A stretch of 64,000 nucleotides of DNA from Spirochaetia bacterium (GTDB lineage Bacteria > Spirochaetota > Spirochaetia > SZUA-6 > Bin103). Within the stretch, counting starts at the first letter, position 1; every line of letters begins with the position of its first letter. A program made the position numbers and the translations under genes. Below the pieces are notes generated by a model. The model was not told the DNA's origin. It made no database searches and saw only the letters and a list, made by a program, of their open reading frames with translations. Shown here piece after piece: positions 18,833 to 30,000 of the stretch. The stretch covers positions 2,176,001 to 2,240,000 of the forward strand of contig OZ241907.1 of NCBI GenBank assembly GCA_965203515.1, given 5' to 3'.

Positions 18833-19834
18833 ATGGGACGCCCCGTAACGCTGTTCACCGGCCAATGGGCCGACCTGCCGCTGGAGGAGCTGGCCGCCAA
18901 GGCGGCGGCGTGGGGCTTCGACGGCCTGGAGCTCGCCTGCTGGGGCGATCACTTCGAGGTCGACAAGGCGCTCGCCGATGACCGGTACGTGGCCGCCAAG
19001 CGCGAGCTGCTCGACCGGCACGGGCTCGCCTGCTTCGCGATCAGCAACCACCTGGTCGGCCAGTGCGTGTGCGACGTTCCGATCGACGCCCGCCATCAGG
19101 CGATCCTGCCGCCGGAAATCTGGGGCGACGGCGATCCCGAAGGGGTGCGCCAACGCGCCGCCGAACGCATGCAAGAGACGGCCCGCGCGGCCGCCGCGTT
19201 CGGGGTCGACACGGTCGCCGGCTTCACCGGCTCCAAGATCTGGTACGCGATCGCCGGGTTCCCGCCGGCGGTGGAAGGCATGATCGACGACGGCTACCAG
19301 GACTTCGCCGACCGCTGGAACCCGATCCTGGACGTCTACGACGCCGAAGGGGTGCGCTTCGCGCTGGAGGTCCACCCGTCGGAGATCGCCTACGACTACT
19401 GGACCACGCGGCGCACGCTGGAGGCGGTCGACCGCCGGCCGGCGTTCGGCATCAACTTCGATCCCAGCCACCTGGTGTGGCAGATGGTCGACCCGGAGCA
19501 GTTCGTCCTCGACTTCGCCGACCGTATCTACCACGCGCACGTCAAGGAATCGAAGCGCTCCCACAACGGGCGCAACGGCGCCCTGGCTTCGCACCTGCCG
19601 TTCGGGAACCTGCGCCGCGGGTGGGACTTCGTGTCGCCCGGCCGGGGCGACGTGCCGTTCGAGCGGGTGTTCCGCGCGTTGAACGCGATCGGCTACCAGG
19701 GTCCGCTGTCGATCGAATGGGAGGATTCCGGCATGGACCGCGAGCAGGGCGCGCCGGAGGCGCTCGCCTTTACGCGCAGCGCCGATCTGTCCGCCTCCGC
19801 GATCGCCTTCGACGCCGCCTTCAGCCGCCAATGA
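18833..19834 (+). CDS. Sugar phosphate isomerase/epimerase (xylose isomerase-like TIM barrel)
   Basis: [33 protein letters not shown]. Confidence 0.92.
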   Translation: MGRPVTLFTGQWADLPLEELAAKAAAWGFDGLELACWGDHFEVDKALADDRYVAAKRELLDRHGLACFAISNHLVGQCVCDVPIDARHQAILPPEIWGDGDPEGVRQRAAERMQETARAAAAFGVDTVAGFTGSKIWYAIAGFPPAVEGMIDDGYQDFADRWNPILDVYDAEGVRFALEVHPSEIAYDYWTTRRTLEAVDRRPAFGINFDPSHLVWQMVDPEQFVLDFADRIYHAHVKESKRSHNGRNGALASHLPFGNLRRGWDFVSPGRGDVPFERVFRALNAIGYQGPLSIEWEDSGMDREQGAPEALAFTRSADLSASAIAFDAAFSRQ

Positions 19835-21156
19835 CCCGGCAGCGAACGCGCTACGCGCAGGTCGGCATCGGCGGGCGCGCCCGTTCCTTCTACGAGTGGA
19901 TCGCCGGCGACTACGCCGATTCGGCGGAGCTGGTCGGGTTCTGCGACCTGAACCGGACCCGCATGCGCTACGCCAACCGGGTCCTGCAGGAGCGGTTCGG
20001 ACACGCGCCGGCGCCGACCTATCACGCGGACGCGTTCGACCGCATGGTGGCGGAATGCAAGCCGGACGTGGTCATCGTCACCACGATCGACCGCACGCAC
20101 CACCACTACATCGTGCGCGCCCTGGAGCTCGGCTGCGACGTCATCACCGAGAAGCCGATGACGGTCGACGCCGCCAAGTGCCAGCAGATCCTGGACGCGG
20201 TCGAGCGCACCGGCCGGAACCTGCGGGTGACGTTCAACTACCGCTACTCCCCGCACGCCTCGCTGGTGCGCCGGCTCCTGATGGACGGGACGATCGGCAC
20301 GGTGACCGCCGTGCACTTCGAGTGGCTGCTCGACCTGACGCACGGAGCCGACTACTTCCGGCGCTGGCACCGCGACAAGCGCAACTCCGGCGGCCTGCTG
20401 GTGCACAAGGCGACGCACCACTTCGATCTGATCAACTTCTGGCTCGGCAGCGCGCCGGAGCTGGTGATGGCGCTGGGCGGCCTGCGTTTCTACGGGCACG
20501 AAAACGCCCAGGAGCGCGGCGTCACCGATTTCTACACCCGCGCCTACGGATCGGAGGCGGCGCGCGACGACCCGTTCGCCCTCCACCTGGACCGGAGCGA
20601 GACGCTGACCGAGATGTACCTGAAGGCCGAACATGAGGACGGCTATCTCCGCGACCGGAGCGTGTTTGGCGACGGGATCAGCATCGAGGACACGATGGCG
20701 CTGCTGGTCCGCTACGACTCCGGCGCGCTGATGAGCTACTCGCTGACCGCCTACGCGCCGTGGGAGGGGCTGCGGATCGCGCTTACCGGCGACCGCGGCC
20801 GGCTGGAGCTCACGGTGCGGGAGTCGAGCTACGTGAACGCGCAGGGCGCCAAGTCGCAGGAGGGCGCGGCGAAGGAGCGGGAGCTGCGTATCTGGCCCCA
20901 CTTCGCGGCGCCGTACGAGGTGGAGATACCCGATCCCGAAGGCGGCCATGGCGGCGGCCACAGCGGCGCCGACCCGCTGCTCGCCGCCGACCTGTTCGGC
21001 CCGCCCAAGCCGGATCCGCTGCGGCGCGCCGCGTCGCACGTCGACGGGGCGATGTCGATCCTCACCGGCATCGCCGGCAACCTCTCCATGGAGACCGGCG
21101 GCCCCGTCCACCCGCAACGGCTGGTGCGCTGGCCGGCCGGCAGCCGCGTCACGTGA
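19831..21156 (+). CDS. Gfo/Idh/MocA family oxidoreductase
   Basis: [38 protein letters not shown] overlap with the upstream gene. Confidence 0.92.
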   Translation: MTRQRTRYAQVGIGGRARSFYEWIAGDYADSAELVGFCDLNRTRMRYANRVLQERFGHAPAPTYHADAFDRMVAECKPDVVIVTTIDRTHHHYIVRALELGCDVITEKPMTVDAAKCQQILDAVERTGRNLRVTFNYRYSPHASLVRRLLMDGTIGTVTAVHFEWLLDLTHGADYFRRWHRDKRNSGGLLVHKATHHFDLINFWLGSAPELVMALGGLRFYGHENAQERGVTDFYTRAYGSEAARDDPFALHLDRSETLTEMYLKAEHEDGYLRDRSVFGDGISIEDTMALLVRYDSGALMSYSLTAYAPWEGLRIALTGDRGRLELTVRESSYVNAQGAKSQEGAAKERELRIWPHFAAPYEVEIPDPEGGHGGGHSGADPLLAADLFGPPKPDPLRRAASHVDGAMSILTGIAGNLSMETGGPVHPQRLVRWPAGSRVT

Positions 21157-22145
21157 TCCGCGTCGTGCAGTTCGGCTGCGGGCCGATCGGCTGCCGCATC
21201 GCGCGGCTGGCGGCCGGCCGCGCCGATCTGCAGGTGGTCGCCGGCATCGACGTCGATCCCGCCCTGCACGGCCGCGACGTCGGCGAGGTCGGCGGCGGCG
21301 CGCCGCTCGGCACGGCCATCGTCGGCTCGTGGGACCGGATGCCGGCCGGCGCGGCGCCGGCGCTGGCGGTCCACGCCACCGGCTCCGGCCTGGAGGCGGT
21401 GGCGCCGCAGCTCCGATCGCTGCTGCGCGCGGGCGTCGACGTGGTGTCGACCTGCGAGGAACTGGCCTTTCCGGCCGGCGCCAACGCCGCGATCGCCGGC
21501 GAGCTGCACGACCAGGCGGTCGGCGCCGGGGTCACGCTGCTGGGGACCGGCATCAATCCCGGCTTCGTGATGGACGCGTGGCCGCTGTTCATGACCGCCC
21601 CGTGCCAGGCAGTGCGCGCGATCCGCGCCACCCGCGTGCAGGACGCGAGCGATCGACGCGGCCCGTTTCAGCGCAAGATCGGCGCCGGGCTCGACGAAGC
21701 CGAATTTCGCAGGCGCGCGGCGGACGGGGAGATACGCCACGTCGGGCTCACCGAATCGGCCCGGATGATCGCCGCCGGCATGGGCTGGCCGCTCGACGAC
21801 TTCACCGAGACGATCGAACCGATCATGGCTTCGCGCGCGATCGACACCGGCCACGTGTCGGTGGCGGCGGGACAGGTCGCCGGGGTCCGTCAGGCCGGCG
21901 CCGGCGCCGTTGCGGGACGGCAGGTGATCACGCTGGAGTTCCGCGCCGCGGTCGGATTGGGCGAATCATGGGACGCGGTGTCGATCGACGGCGTGCCGCC
22001 GGTGGAGGTCCGCATCACCGGAGGCGTGCAGGGCGATCTGGGGACGGCGGCGGTCGTCGTCAACGCCATCCCGCGCGTGGCGGCAGCCGCGCCGGGGCTG
22101 GTGACCATGAAGGATCTGCCGCCGGCGCTCGCGCCCGGCGCCTGA
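21153..22145 (+). CDS. NAD(P)-dependent amine dehydrogenase, DapB-N/2,4-diaminopentanoate dehydrogenase-like
   Basis: [38 protein letters not shown] overlap. Confidence 0.8.
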   Translation: MIRVVQFGCGPIGCRIARLAAGRADLQVVAGIDVDPALHGRDVGEVGGGAPLGTAIVGSWDRMPAGAAPALAVHATGSGLEAVAPQLRSLLRAGVDVVSTCEELAFPAGANAAIAGELHDQAVGAGVTLLGTGINPGFVMDAWPLFMTAPCQAVRAIRATRVQDASDRRGPFQRKIGAGLDEAEFRRRAADGEIRHVGLTESARMIAAGMGWPLDDFTETIEPIMASRAIDTGHVSVAAGQVAGVRQAGAGAVAGRQVITLEFRAAVGLGESWDAVSIDGVPPVEVRITGGVQGDLGTAAVVVNAIPRVAAAAPGLVTMKDLPPALAPGA

Positions 22146-22204
22146 GCGGCCGGCAGCGCGCGCGAGGCGATCGAACTTCCGAATCTTGATCAGCGACGAG
22201 GCCA

Positions 22205-23221
22205 ATGGATAAGCTGCTCCCCTCCCCCGACATGCCAAAGCAAAACGGTCGTTCCCGGGGCAGACTCCGTCTGTTCTCCGGCCGAGCCAATCCGGAGCTG
22301 ACGATCGAGATCGCGCAGATACTGGACGTCGAGCTGGGCCAGATCAGCATCAAGTCCCTGACCGACAGCGAGACCCACGTACAGATCGAGGAAAGCGTCC
22401 GCGGCGCGGAGATATACTTGGTGCAGCCGACCTGCCGCCCGGTCAACGAGACGCTCATGGAGCTGTTGATCATCGTCGACGCGATGCGCCGCGCGTCGGC
22501 CGACCAGATCACCGCCGTCGTCCCCTACTACGGTTACGGCCGCCAGGACCACAAGTCGACCGGCCGGGAGCCGCTCAGCGCGCGGCTGGTCGCCGACCTG
22601 CTGGCCAACGCGGGCGCCGACCGCATCGTCTCCGTCGATCTGCACGCGCCGCAGATCCAGGGCTTCTTCAACAAGGTGTCGGATCATCTGACCGCGGTCA
22701 CCACGCTGGCCAACCACCTGCGGCAGCGCGATCTCTCCAACGCCGTGATCGTCGCCCCGGACGTCGGCCGGGCCAAGCTGGCCGAGAAGTACACCGACAT
22801 CCTGGGCCTGCCGATGGTGCTCATGCACAAGCGCCGGCACGGCGTGGGCGGTTCCAGGATGGAGGTGGAAGCGGTGGTCGGCGACATCGAGGGCAGGAAG
22901 CCGATCATCATCGACGACCTGATCGCCTCCGGCTCGATCCACCAGCAGGCCGACACGCTCATGCGGCACGGCGCGCAGCCGGCCATCATTTCGGTCACCC
23001 ACCCGGTGCTGACCGACCGGGCGCCGGAGCTGCTGACCCGTCCGTCGATCGAGGAGGTGCTGGTCACCAACACGATCCCGGTGCCGCCGGAGCGCCGCGC
23101 CGGCGGCCTGATCAAGGTGATCTCCATCGCGCCGCTGTTGGCCAGCGCCATTCTGCGCATCCACGAGCGACGTTCGGTGAGCGAGGTGTTCAGCCAGCAG
23201 AATCTGCTGTTCCCGGTGTGA
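22205..23221 (+). CDS. prs: Ribose-phosphate pyrophosphokinase
   Basis: PYYGYGRQD, DLHAPQIQGFF, VAPDVG, IIDDLIASGS. Confidence 0.96.
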   Translation: MDKLLPSPDMPKQNGRSRGRLRLFSGRANPELTIEIAQILDVELGQISIKSLTDSETHVQIEESVRGAEIYLVQPTCRPVNETLMELLIIVDAMRRASADQITAVVPYYGYGRQDHKSTGREPLSARLVADLLANAGADRIVSVDLHAPQIQGFFNKVSDHLTAVTTLANHLRQRDLSNAVIVAPDVGRAKLAEKYTDILGLPMVLMHKRRHGVGGSRMEVEAVVGDIEGRKPIIIDDLIASGSIHQQADTLMRHGAQPAIISVTHPVLTDRAPELLTRPSIEEVLVTNTIPVPPERRAGGLIKVISIAPLLASAILRIHERRSVSEVFSQQNLLFPV

Positions 23222-23293
23222 CCGGATCGCCCGACACCGCTTGCCGCGCCGCCCGTCGCTACGCCATCATTGCTTACCCACAAGGAGAGACGC

Positions 23294-23656
23294 TTGTCAG
23301 ACAACATCCCCAGCTCGGCCCCGCCGCCGCGTGAACCCGCCGACCGCCCGTCCGGGCCGTTCACCCCTCGCGAAGCGGGCGGTGAGGGCGGCGGCCGCGG
23401 CGCTCCGGCGGGACCCGGCGGACGGCGGCGCCCCTACTACCGGCGCAAGGTCGACCGGACCAGGAATCTCGACATCACCTATCGCAAGCCGGAGATTCTG
23501 GAGCGGTTCATCACGCAGAGCGGCAAGATCCTGCCGCGACGGGTGACCGGCACCTCCGCCAAGAACCAGCGCCGCCTGGCGCGCCAGATCAAGCTGGCGC
23601 GGGTGCTGGCGCTGCTTCCCTACAAGCGCCAGGGCAGACCTGGCGACAGCAGCTAA
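23294..23656 (+). CDS. rpsR: 30S ribosomal protein S18 with N-terminal extension
   Basis: [56 protein letters not shown] then TTG 23294. Confidence 0.93.
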   Translation: MSDNIPSSAPPPREPADRPSGPFTPREAGGEGGGRGAPAGPGGRRRPYYRRKVDRTRNLDITYRKPEILERFITQSGKILPRRVTGTSAKNQRRLARQIKLARVLALLPYKRQGRPGDSS

Positions 23657-23705
23657 ACGTCGGAAGACGTCGTGACGGTTACGCTGCGCCGCTGACCGGC
23701 GGTCG

Positions 23706-24593
23706 GTGCCGATGCCGAGTCTGCGCGCCGCGGCGGTGGTCCTGTCGATCGCCCTGCTGGCCGGCTGCGGCGACAAGGCCGAGGTCGCCGGCGATCACGT
23801 CCGCGTCCGGCTGGTCAGCGAACAGGCCGCCGTCACCCCGGGGAATCCGTTCTGGGCCGGTCTGCTGCAGACCCTGGACGACGGCTGGCACACGTATTGG
23901 CGCAACCCCGGCGATTCGGGAGCGGCCGCCCGCATCGACTGGCATCTGCCGGCCGGCTGGACGGTATCGCCCGTGCGCTGGCCGATCCCGGAGCGCATGC
24001 CCTACGGCGACCTGATGAACTACGGATACGCCGGTGAGGTGCTGCTGCCGGTCGTGATCACCCCGCCGGCGGACGCCGGACGCGGCCGGGTCGAGCTGGC
24101 TGCCGACGCGCTCTGGCTGGTGTGCGCCGACGTCTGCATCCCCGGCGAGGCGCGCCTCCGTCTCACCCTGCGGGTGCGGCCGCAGCCGCAACCGGCCGAC
24201 CGCGGTGCGAAATCGCTGTTCGACCGCTGGCGCACGCGCATTCCCCGGCCGCTCGACGGCGCCCGCGTGGAGCGGCGCGATCAGCGGCTGGTCATCACCG
24301 CCCCGCTGGCCGGAGCGGCGGATGCGCGGCAGGTCTGGTTCTTTCCGCACGCCGCCGGCGCGGTCATCCACGCGGCCGATCAGGAGCACGCGGTGACCGC
24401 GGCCGGCGCCGTCGAGGTGCGCGTGCAGGCGGCCGCCAGGGACGGCGGCGGCAGGGACGTCGGCGCCGCCGCCGGCCGCCTGCACGGCGTGGTGGCGGTC
24501 ACCACGGACGGCGGCACGCGCGGATTCACCATCGACGCGCCGGTCCGGGACGCGATCCACGCCGATGGCGCACGGCCTGCCGGCGCGCGCTGA
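23706..24593 (+). CDS. DsbD N-terminal-like thiol-disulfide interchange domain lipoprotein
   Basis: Lipobox LLAGC; GWHTYWRNPGDSG, YGY, WLVCADVCIPG. Confidence 0.8.
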   Translation: MPMPSLRAAAVVLSIALLAGCGDKAEVAGDHVRVRLVSEQAAVTPGNPFWAGLLQTLDDGWHTYWRNPGDSGAAARIDWHLPAGWTVSPVRWPIPERMPYGDLMNYGYAGEVLLPVVITPPADAGRGRVELAADALWLVCADVCIPGEARLRLTLRVRPQPQPADRGAKSLFDRWRTRIPRPLDGARVERRDQRLVITAPLAGAADARQVWFFPHAAGAVIHAADQEHAVTAAGAVEVRVQAAARDGGGRDVGAAAGRLHGVVAVTTDGGTRGFTIDAPVRDAIHADGARPAGAR

Positions 24594-24885
24594 CGGCGCG
24601 GCCGACCTGGCCGGGCTGGCCGCGCAGGGCGGCGGCCCCGTCCTGCAGCGCCGGCTTGCCGAGCTGCTCCGCACCGATCGCGCCGGTCTGATCGCCGCGC
24701 TCTACCGCCTCGACGTGGACGAGACGCCGGCGCGGCGGTGGCTCGCCGTCGCCGACCGCGACCGCGACAGCGGCGTCCCGCGCGCGGCGGCGGGACTGGC
24801 CGACCTGATCGTCCGCCGCCTGCGCGCCAAGCTGCGCACCACGGCGGCCCATCGGGTGCGGGCGGCCGACCCGCCGCCGGCATGA
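24565..24885 (+). CDS. Small helical hypothetical protein (LYRLDVDE motif), translationally coupled to ligD
   Basis: ORF fills the gap and its stop overlaps the ligD ATG (ATGA 24882-24885); start uncertain. Confidence 0.55.
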   Translation: MAHGLPARADGAADLAGLAAQGGGPVLQRRLAELLRTDRAGLIAALYRLDVDETPARRWLAVADRDRDSGVPRAAAGLADLIVRRLRAKLRTTAAHRVRAADPPPA

Positions 24886-26978
24886 GCGCATCGAGCGCGC
24901 CGCCGGGCCGCGCCGCGCTCGACCGGTACCGCGCCAAGCGCGACTTTGCCCGGACGCCCGAGCCGGACGCGGGCGCCGGCGAAGGCTCGGCGGCGCTCCG
25001 CTTCGTCGTCCACCGTCACCAGGCGCGCCGGCTGCACTACGACCTGCGGCTGGAGATGGACGGCGTGCTGCTGTGCTTCGCGGTCCCGCGCGGCTTCTCC
25101 TACGACCCCGACCAGAAGCGGCTGGCCGTCCATACCGAGGACCATCCGCTGCCGTACCTGGACTTCCGGGGCGTGATTCCGAAGGGAGAGTACGGCGGCG
25201 GCACCATGGAGATCTGGGACCACGGCACCTACCGGATACGGCGCGCGCCGAGTACTGCGGCGGCGCTGGCAGCGGGGGAGATCAAGATCACGCTGCAGGG
25301 CCGCCGGCTGCGCGGCGAGTGGCATCTGGTGCGCACGGCGGGCGCCGGCGACGACTGGCTGCTGTTCAAGACGCGCGACCGGTACGCGCGCGGCGCCGGC
25401 GACCCGGCGCCCGTCGTCGACCTGGGCCGCGCCCGCCGCGCGCCCATACCGCGGCGGCCGCGGCCCATGCGCGCGGCCGGCGAACGGGAGCCGTTCTTCG
25501 ACGCGGAATGGCTGTTCGAGATGGAGTTCGCCGGCCGGCGCACGCTGGCGGTCTGCCGCGGCGAACAGGCCGAGTTGCACCCCGCGGCAGGCGGGCCGGC
25601 AGCCCGCTTCGACGCCGGCCGCTTCGACACCGTCCTCGCTGCCCTGTGCCGCCTGCGCGCAGAGCACGCCGTCATCGACGGCGTCCTGGTGGCGGTCGAC
25701 CGGCACGGGCGACCCTCGCGCGCCGATCTCGATCGTCTAGCGGCGCACGGCGATACCGCCCCGGTCGCGTTCTATGCGTTCGATCTCCTCTACTACGAGG
25801 AGTGGGACGTGCGCCGCCTGCCGCTGCGCGAACGCAAGGAGCTGCTGCGGTCGCTCCTGCCGGCCGGAGGCGGCGTGCTGTACGTGGACCACGTCACCGC
25901 GGACGGCAAGTCCCTGGCCGCCGCCGCGTCGGCGGCGGGACTGGAGGCGCTGGTGGCAAAGCGCGGCGACTCCCGCTATCAGCCGGGCGCGCATGACGCC
26001 TGGGCGCGCGTGCCGGTCAACGCGGCCGACGGCGCCGCCGAACTGCCGCTCGACGAAGCGTTGCGCCGGCGGCCGTCACCGGCGGGGGACGCCGCACGCG
26101 TAAAGCTGGTCAACCTGGACAAGGTCTACTGGCCGGCCAGCGGCCGCACCAAGGGCGACCTGGTCGACTACTACCTCACGGTCGCCGACTGGCTGCTCCC
26201 CTATCTGCGGTCCCGTCCCATCCACCTGCTGCGCTATCCCGACGGCGTGGACGGCGAAGGCTTCTATCAGAAGCAGGTGCCGCATCTCCCCTCGTGGGTT
26301 CCCACCGTGGACGTGTCCGCCGCCGGCCGACCGGAGGCGCGCTACATCGTCTGCGGCGACTGCGACACGCTGCTGTACATGGTCAATCTTGGCAGCATCG
26401 ACTTCCACCCGTGGCTGTCCGGCGTCGATGATCTGGACGCGCCGGACTGGGCGGTCATCGACCTGGACGCCAAGGCATCGTCGTTCGCTAAGGTGGTGCG
26501 CGTGGCGCGCACGCTGAACAAGGTGCTGGACGGGATCGACGCCGCCGGCTATCCGAAGACCTCCGGCAAGTCGGGCATGCACGTCTACGTGCCGCTGGCG
26601 CGCGGGCACACCTTCGACCAGGCGCGCATGTTCTGCGAGGGACTGGCGCGCGTCGTGGTACGCGAGCACCGCGACATCGCCTCCGTCGAACGGTCGGCCG
26701 CCGCCCGCGGCGACCGGGTGTACGTCGACTTCATGCAGAACCGGCGGCAACAGACCGTGGTGCCGCCCTACGCCGTGCGGCCGGTCGCCGGGGCGACCGT
26801 GTCCACGCCGCTCTCCTGGGACGAACTGGACGCCGACCTGGCCCCGGAACGGTTCACCATCGACACGGTACCGGAGCGGCTCACGCGCACCGGCGACCTG
26901 TTCCGCGACGCGCTCGCCAACCGGCAGGACCTTGCGGCCGCGGCCGACAACCTGGCGCGCTACCTGCGCCGGTCGTGA
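24882..26978 (+). CDS. ligD: LigD-like NHEJ protein: phosphoesterase, degenerate ligase and primase-polymerase domains
   Basis: PE domain: HQARRLHYDLRLE, TEDHP, GEYGGG. POL domain: IDLD, KTSGKSGMHV, VDFMQN. Ligase motifs are degenerate (see findings). Confidence 0.88.
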   Translation: MSASSAPPGRAALDRYRAKRDFARTPEPDAGAGEGSAALRFVVHRHQARRLHYDLRLEMDGVLLCFAVPRGFSYDPDQKRLAVHTEDHPLPYLDFRGVIPKGEYGGGTMEIWDHGTYRIRRAPSTAAALAAGEIKITLQGRRLRGEWHLVRTAGAGDDWLLFKTRDRYARGAGDPAPVVDLGRARRAPIPRRPRPMRAAGEREPFFDAEWLFEMEFAGRRTLAVCRGEQAELHPAAGGPAARFDAGRFDTVLAALCRLRAEHAVIDGVLVAVDRHGRPSRADLDRLAAHGDTAPVAFYAFDLLYYEEWDVRRLPLRERKELLRSLLPAGGGVLYVDHVTADGKSLAAAASAAGLEALVAKRGDSRYQPGAHDAWARVPVNAADGAAELPLDEALRRRPSPAGDAARVKLVNLDKVYWPASGRTKGDLVDYYLTVADWLLPYLRSRPIHLLRYPDGVDGEGFYQKQVPHLPSWVPTVDVSAAGRPEARYIVCGDCDTLLYMVNLGSIDFHPWLSGVDDLDAPDWAVIDLDAKASSFAKVVRVARTLNKVLDGIDAAGYPKTSGKSGMHVYVPLARGHTFDQARMFCEGLARVVVREHRDIASVERSAAARGDRVYVDFMQNRRQQTVVPPYAVRPVAGATVSTPLSWDELDADLAPERFTIDTVPERLTRTGDLFRDALANRQDLAAAADNLARYLRRS

Positions 26979-27015
26979 GCGCCCGACGCCGCGCTGTCCG
27001 CGTCCGCCGGTCGGT

Positions 27016-30000
27016 TCACTGCCGGATCAGCCAAGCCTCGACTCGGCGGTTCTTCCAGCGATTGCGCGTGTCGTCATGCGGGACCACCGGATGCGCGCCG
27101 CCCAGCCCGGTGGTCGTCATCCGGCTCGCGCGAATCCCGCGCTCGACCAGCGCATCGCGGACCGCCGCGGCGCGCGCGGCGGAGAGCGGCACCAGCACCT
27201 CCGCCTGTTCCTGTCGGGCACGCTCCACGTCGGCCCAGTGCACGGACGCCGCGTGCCCTTCCAGCAGGATGTTGTAGGTCGCGTAGCGGCCCAGTATCAC
27301 CGCAAGCCGATCCAGGGTCCGCAGGTTCCGGCTCGTCTTTTCCGGGTCGCCGAGCCGCTGGTAGTCGGCGGTGTCGGGCGCGAAGTGAATGCTGGAAATG
27401 CGGATGCGCAGGCGGTCTCCGGCCCGCAACACCAGGACGTCGATCGGCAAGACCTTGGTGGCGGTCGCCCGGTTGCCGACGTGATCGGAGACCTCGAGCC
27501 GCAACGTATAGTCGACCGCCGCCTCGACCAGCTCACCGGTTTCGACGGAATAGCCGTCCCACCCGAAGGCGGGCGGCGCACCCCGGCCGCTCGTGGCGGT
27601 GAACACCTCGCCCTGCGGATCGACGATCTGCAGCGCCCAGGCATCGATGCCTCCCTCGTCGCTGGCGTCGAGGAAGATCATGAGATGGTCGTTCACCCCG
27701 TCGTCGTCCGGGGAGAACGGCAGCGACGGCGTGTCCAGCTCCGTACGGATCGCCGCCTGCGGCGGCGACGAGTCGACCAGGAAGGGATCGCCGTCCGCTT
27801 CGCTGACGTTGCCCTTTACGTACTCGATGCCGAGCGAGGGGCGGTAGAACCCGTCCGGGACGACGCCCCCGCCGTCGGCGGTGCCGTCCCAGACGATCAC
27901 CTCCGGCAGCGGGTCGGCGCCCCGTCCGCCCGCGAATACCCGCACCGGCCGGCCGGTGCCGTCGAAGATCGACACCGCCCAGCGATCGATCGACACGTCC
28001 GTGGTGGCGGAGATGCGGATGTCGATCGTATCCCGATCCCCGTCGCCGTTGGGCGAGAAGAACTCGCCGTCCCGCGTTACCGCCGCGGCGGTGGCAGCGG
28101 TGTCGATCCGTATCCCCTCCAGGACGGCGCTGACGCTGTTACCGCCGGTGTCGACGCTGGCGATCCGGTAGGTGTACGTCCCGTCCGGCAGCGCAACGCC
28201 CTCGTCGGTGCGGCCGTCCCACTCCAGGTCCGGCAGCGGCCCCTCAGCGTCCCACACCCGCCGCAGTACCACGGAACCGTCGCGGTCGTCGGTGATCGTG
28301 GCGTCCCAGCGGTCCCCCGGCGTCGCCTCGTGGGTCAGCGTGATCGTGTCCCGGCGCCCGTCGCCGTCCGGGGAGAACAGCAGATACGCCGCCCCGACCC
28401 GCACCGTCGGCGGCTGGGTGTCCAGCGCCACCGCCTCGCCGGCCGCCTCGCCGACGTTGCCCTTGACGTATTCGACCCGGAACGTCGCCGTGTACTCCCC
28501 GTCCGGCACGCGCTCGCCGTCGTCATCGCTGCCGTCCCAGGGTAGACGCACCGGAAAGATGGTGCCGGAGACGCCGCGGTAGGTGCGCACCGCGCCGCCG
28601 GCCGCACCGGCAGCCGCATCGGCAATGGTCAGCTCCCACGACTGCAGCTCCACGTCCTCGGTGACCCGCAGCTCGTAGAACACCTCGTCGTCCACGCCGT
28701 CGCCGTTGGGGGAGAACCCGGCGGCCGACGCCTCCATCCACGCACCGCCCGGACGAGTGTCCACCACGATCGGCGGCAGTTCGCCCCTGGTCACGTTCCC
28801 GGCAAGGTCGGTGCCGCGCACCCGGTAGCGGTACTCGCCGTCCGCCACCACGTCTCCCCGCTCGTCGGTCCCGTCCCAGACCAGGTCCGCCAGTACGCCG
28901 TCGCGCACCGTGCGCTCGCTGACGACCGTCCCGTCGGCGTCCGTCAGCTCGGTATGCCACTCGTACTCCGCCTCGGTGGCATGCGTGATCTCGATCACGT
29001 CGCGGCGCCCGTCGCCGTCGGGCGAAAAGAGCAGATAGCCGGCCTCCACCTCGAACGCCGGGTAGACCGTGTCCAGGATGACCGGCACCGCCAGCCGGTC
29101 CTCGACCACGTCCCCCTTGCGGTAGCCGACCGAGAACACCGCGCGGTATTTGCCGTCCGGGGCCGGCTGGCCGGTGGTGGCGCGCCCGTCCCAGCGCTGT
29201 TCCTCCGGCAGTTCGCGACCGCCGCGGAAGATGCGCACGGGAGCGTCGTCAGCATCCAGGACCGTAAGGCTCCAGGTCTCCACCGGCACGTCGGGCGTCG
29301 CCGCCAGCGTGAACGTCATCGCGTCGCGCTCGCCGTCCGCGTTGGGTGAGAAGGCCGCCACCGCACCGGCCCGATCGGCCGCCGCGACGCCGACGCTCGC
29401 CTCCGTCGGCCGCGTGTCGACCTGGATGCCGGGCAGGCGCGCGGTGACGCTGTTGCCGGCCGCGTCGGTCGCCGTCACTTCGTACTGGTACGCGCCGTCC
29501 GCGACAAGGGCGCCCTGATCCCCCCTGCCGTCCCAGCGGTAATCGGCGACCTGACCCTGCCAGTCGGCCGTGGCGACCACCGCGCCCGCCTGATCCAGGA
29601 AGCGCGCCTGCCACCGCTCCTCGGCGCTCGACGTCTGCGCGATGAGCAGCTCATCCTTGTTGCCGTCGCCGTCGGGAGAGAACAACAGGTCGTCGGTGCT
29701 CGCCTCGATCGTCGGGAACTCGGTGTCTATCACGATCGGTCCGGCCTCGGCGGCGGCGTTGTTGCCGTTGGCGTAGCGCACCGAAAGCCGTACCGAATAC
29801 TCGCCGTCCGGGAACGGACGCCCGTCGTTGGCCAGGCCCGTCCACTCGAATGGCTCGCCGGCCGCCGGGCTCCGATCGCGATACCAGACCTTGCCGCCGG
29901 CGTCGGCGATCTCGACCTGCAGCGATTCTATGCTGTCGGTGACCACCAGCTCGGGGACGACCTCCACGGTGTCCTGCGCGCCGTCGCCGTTCGGGGAAAA

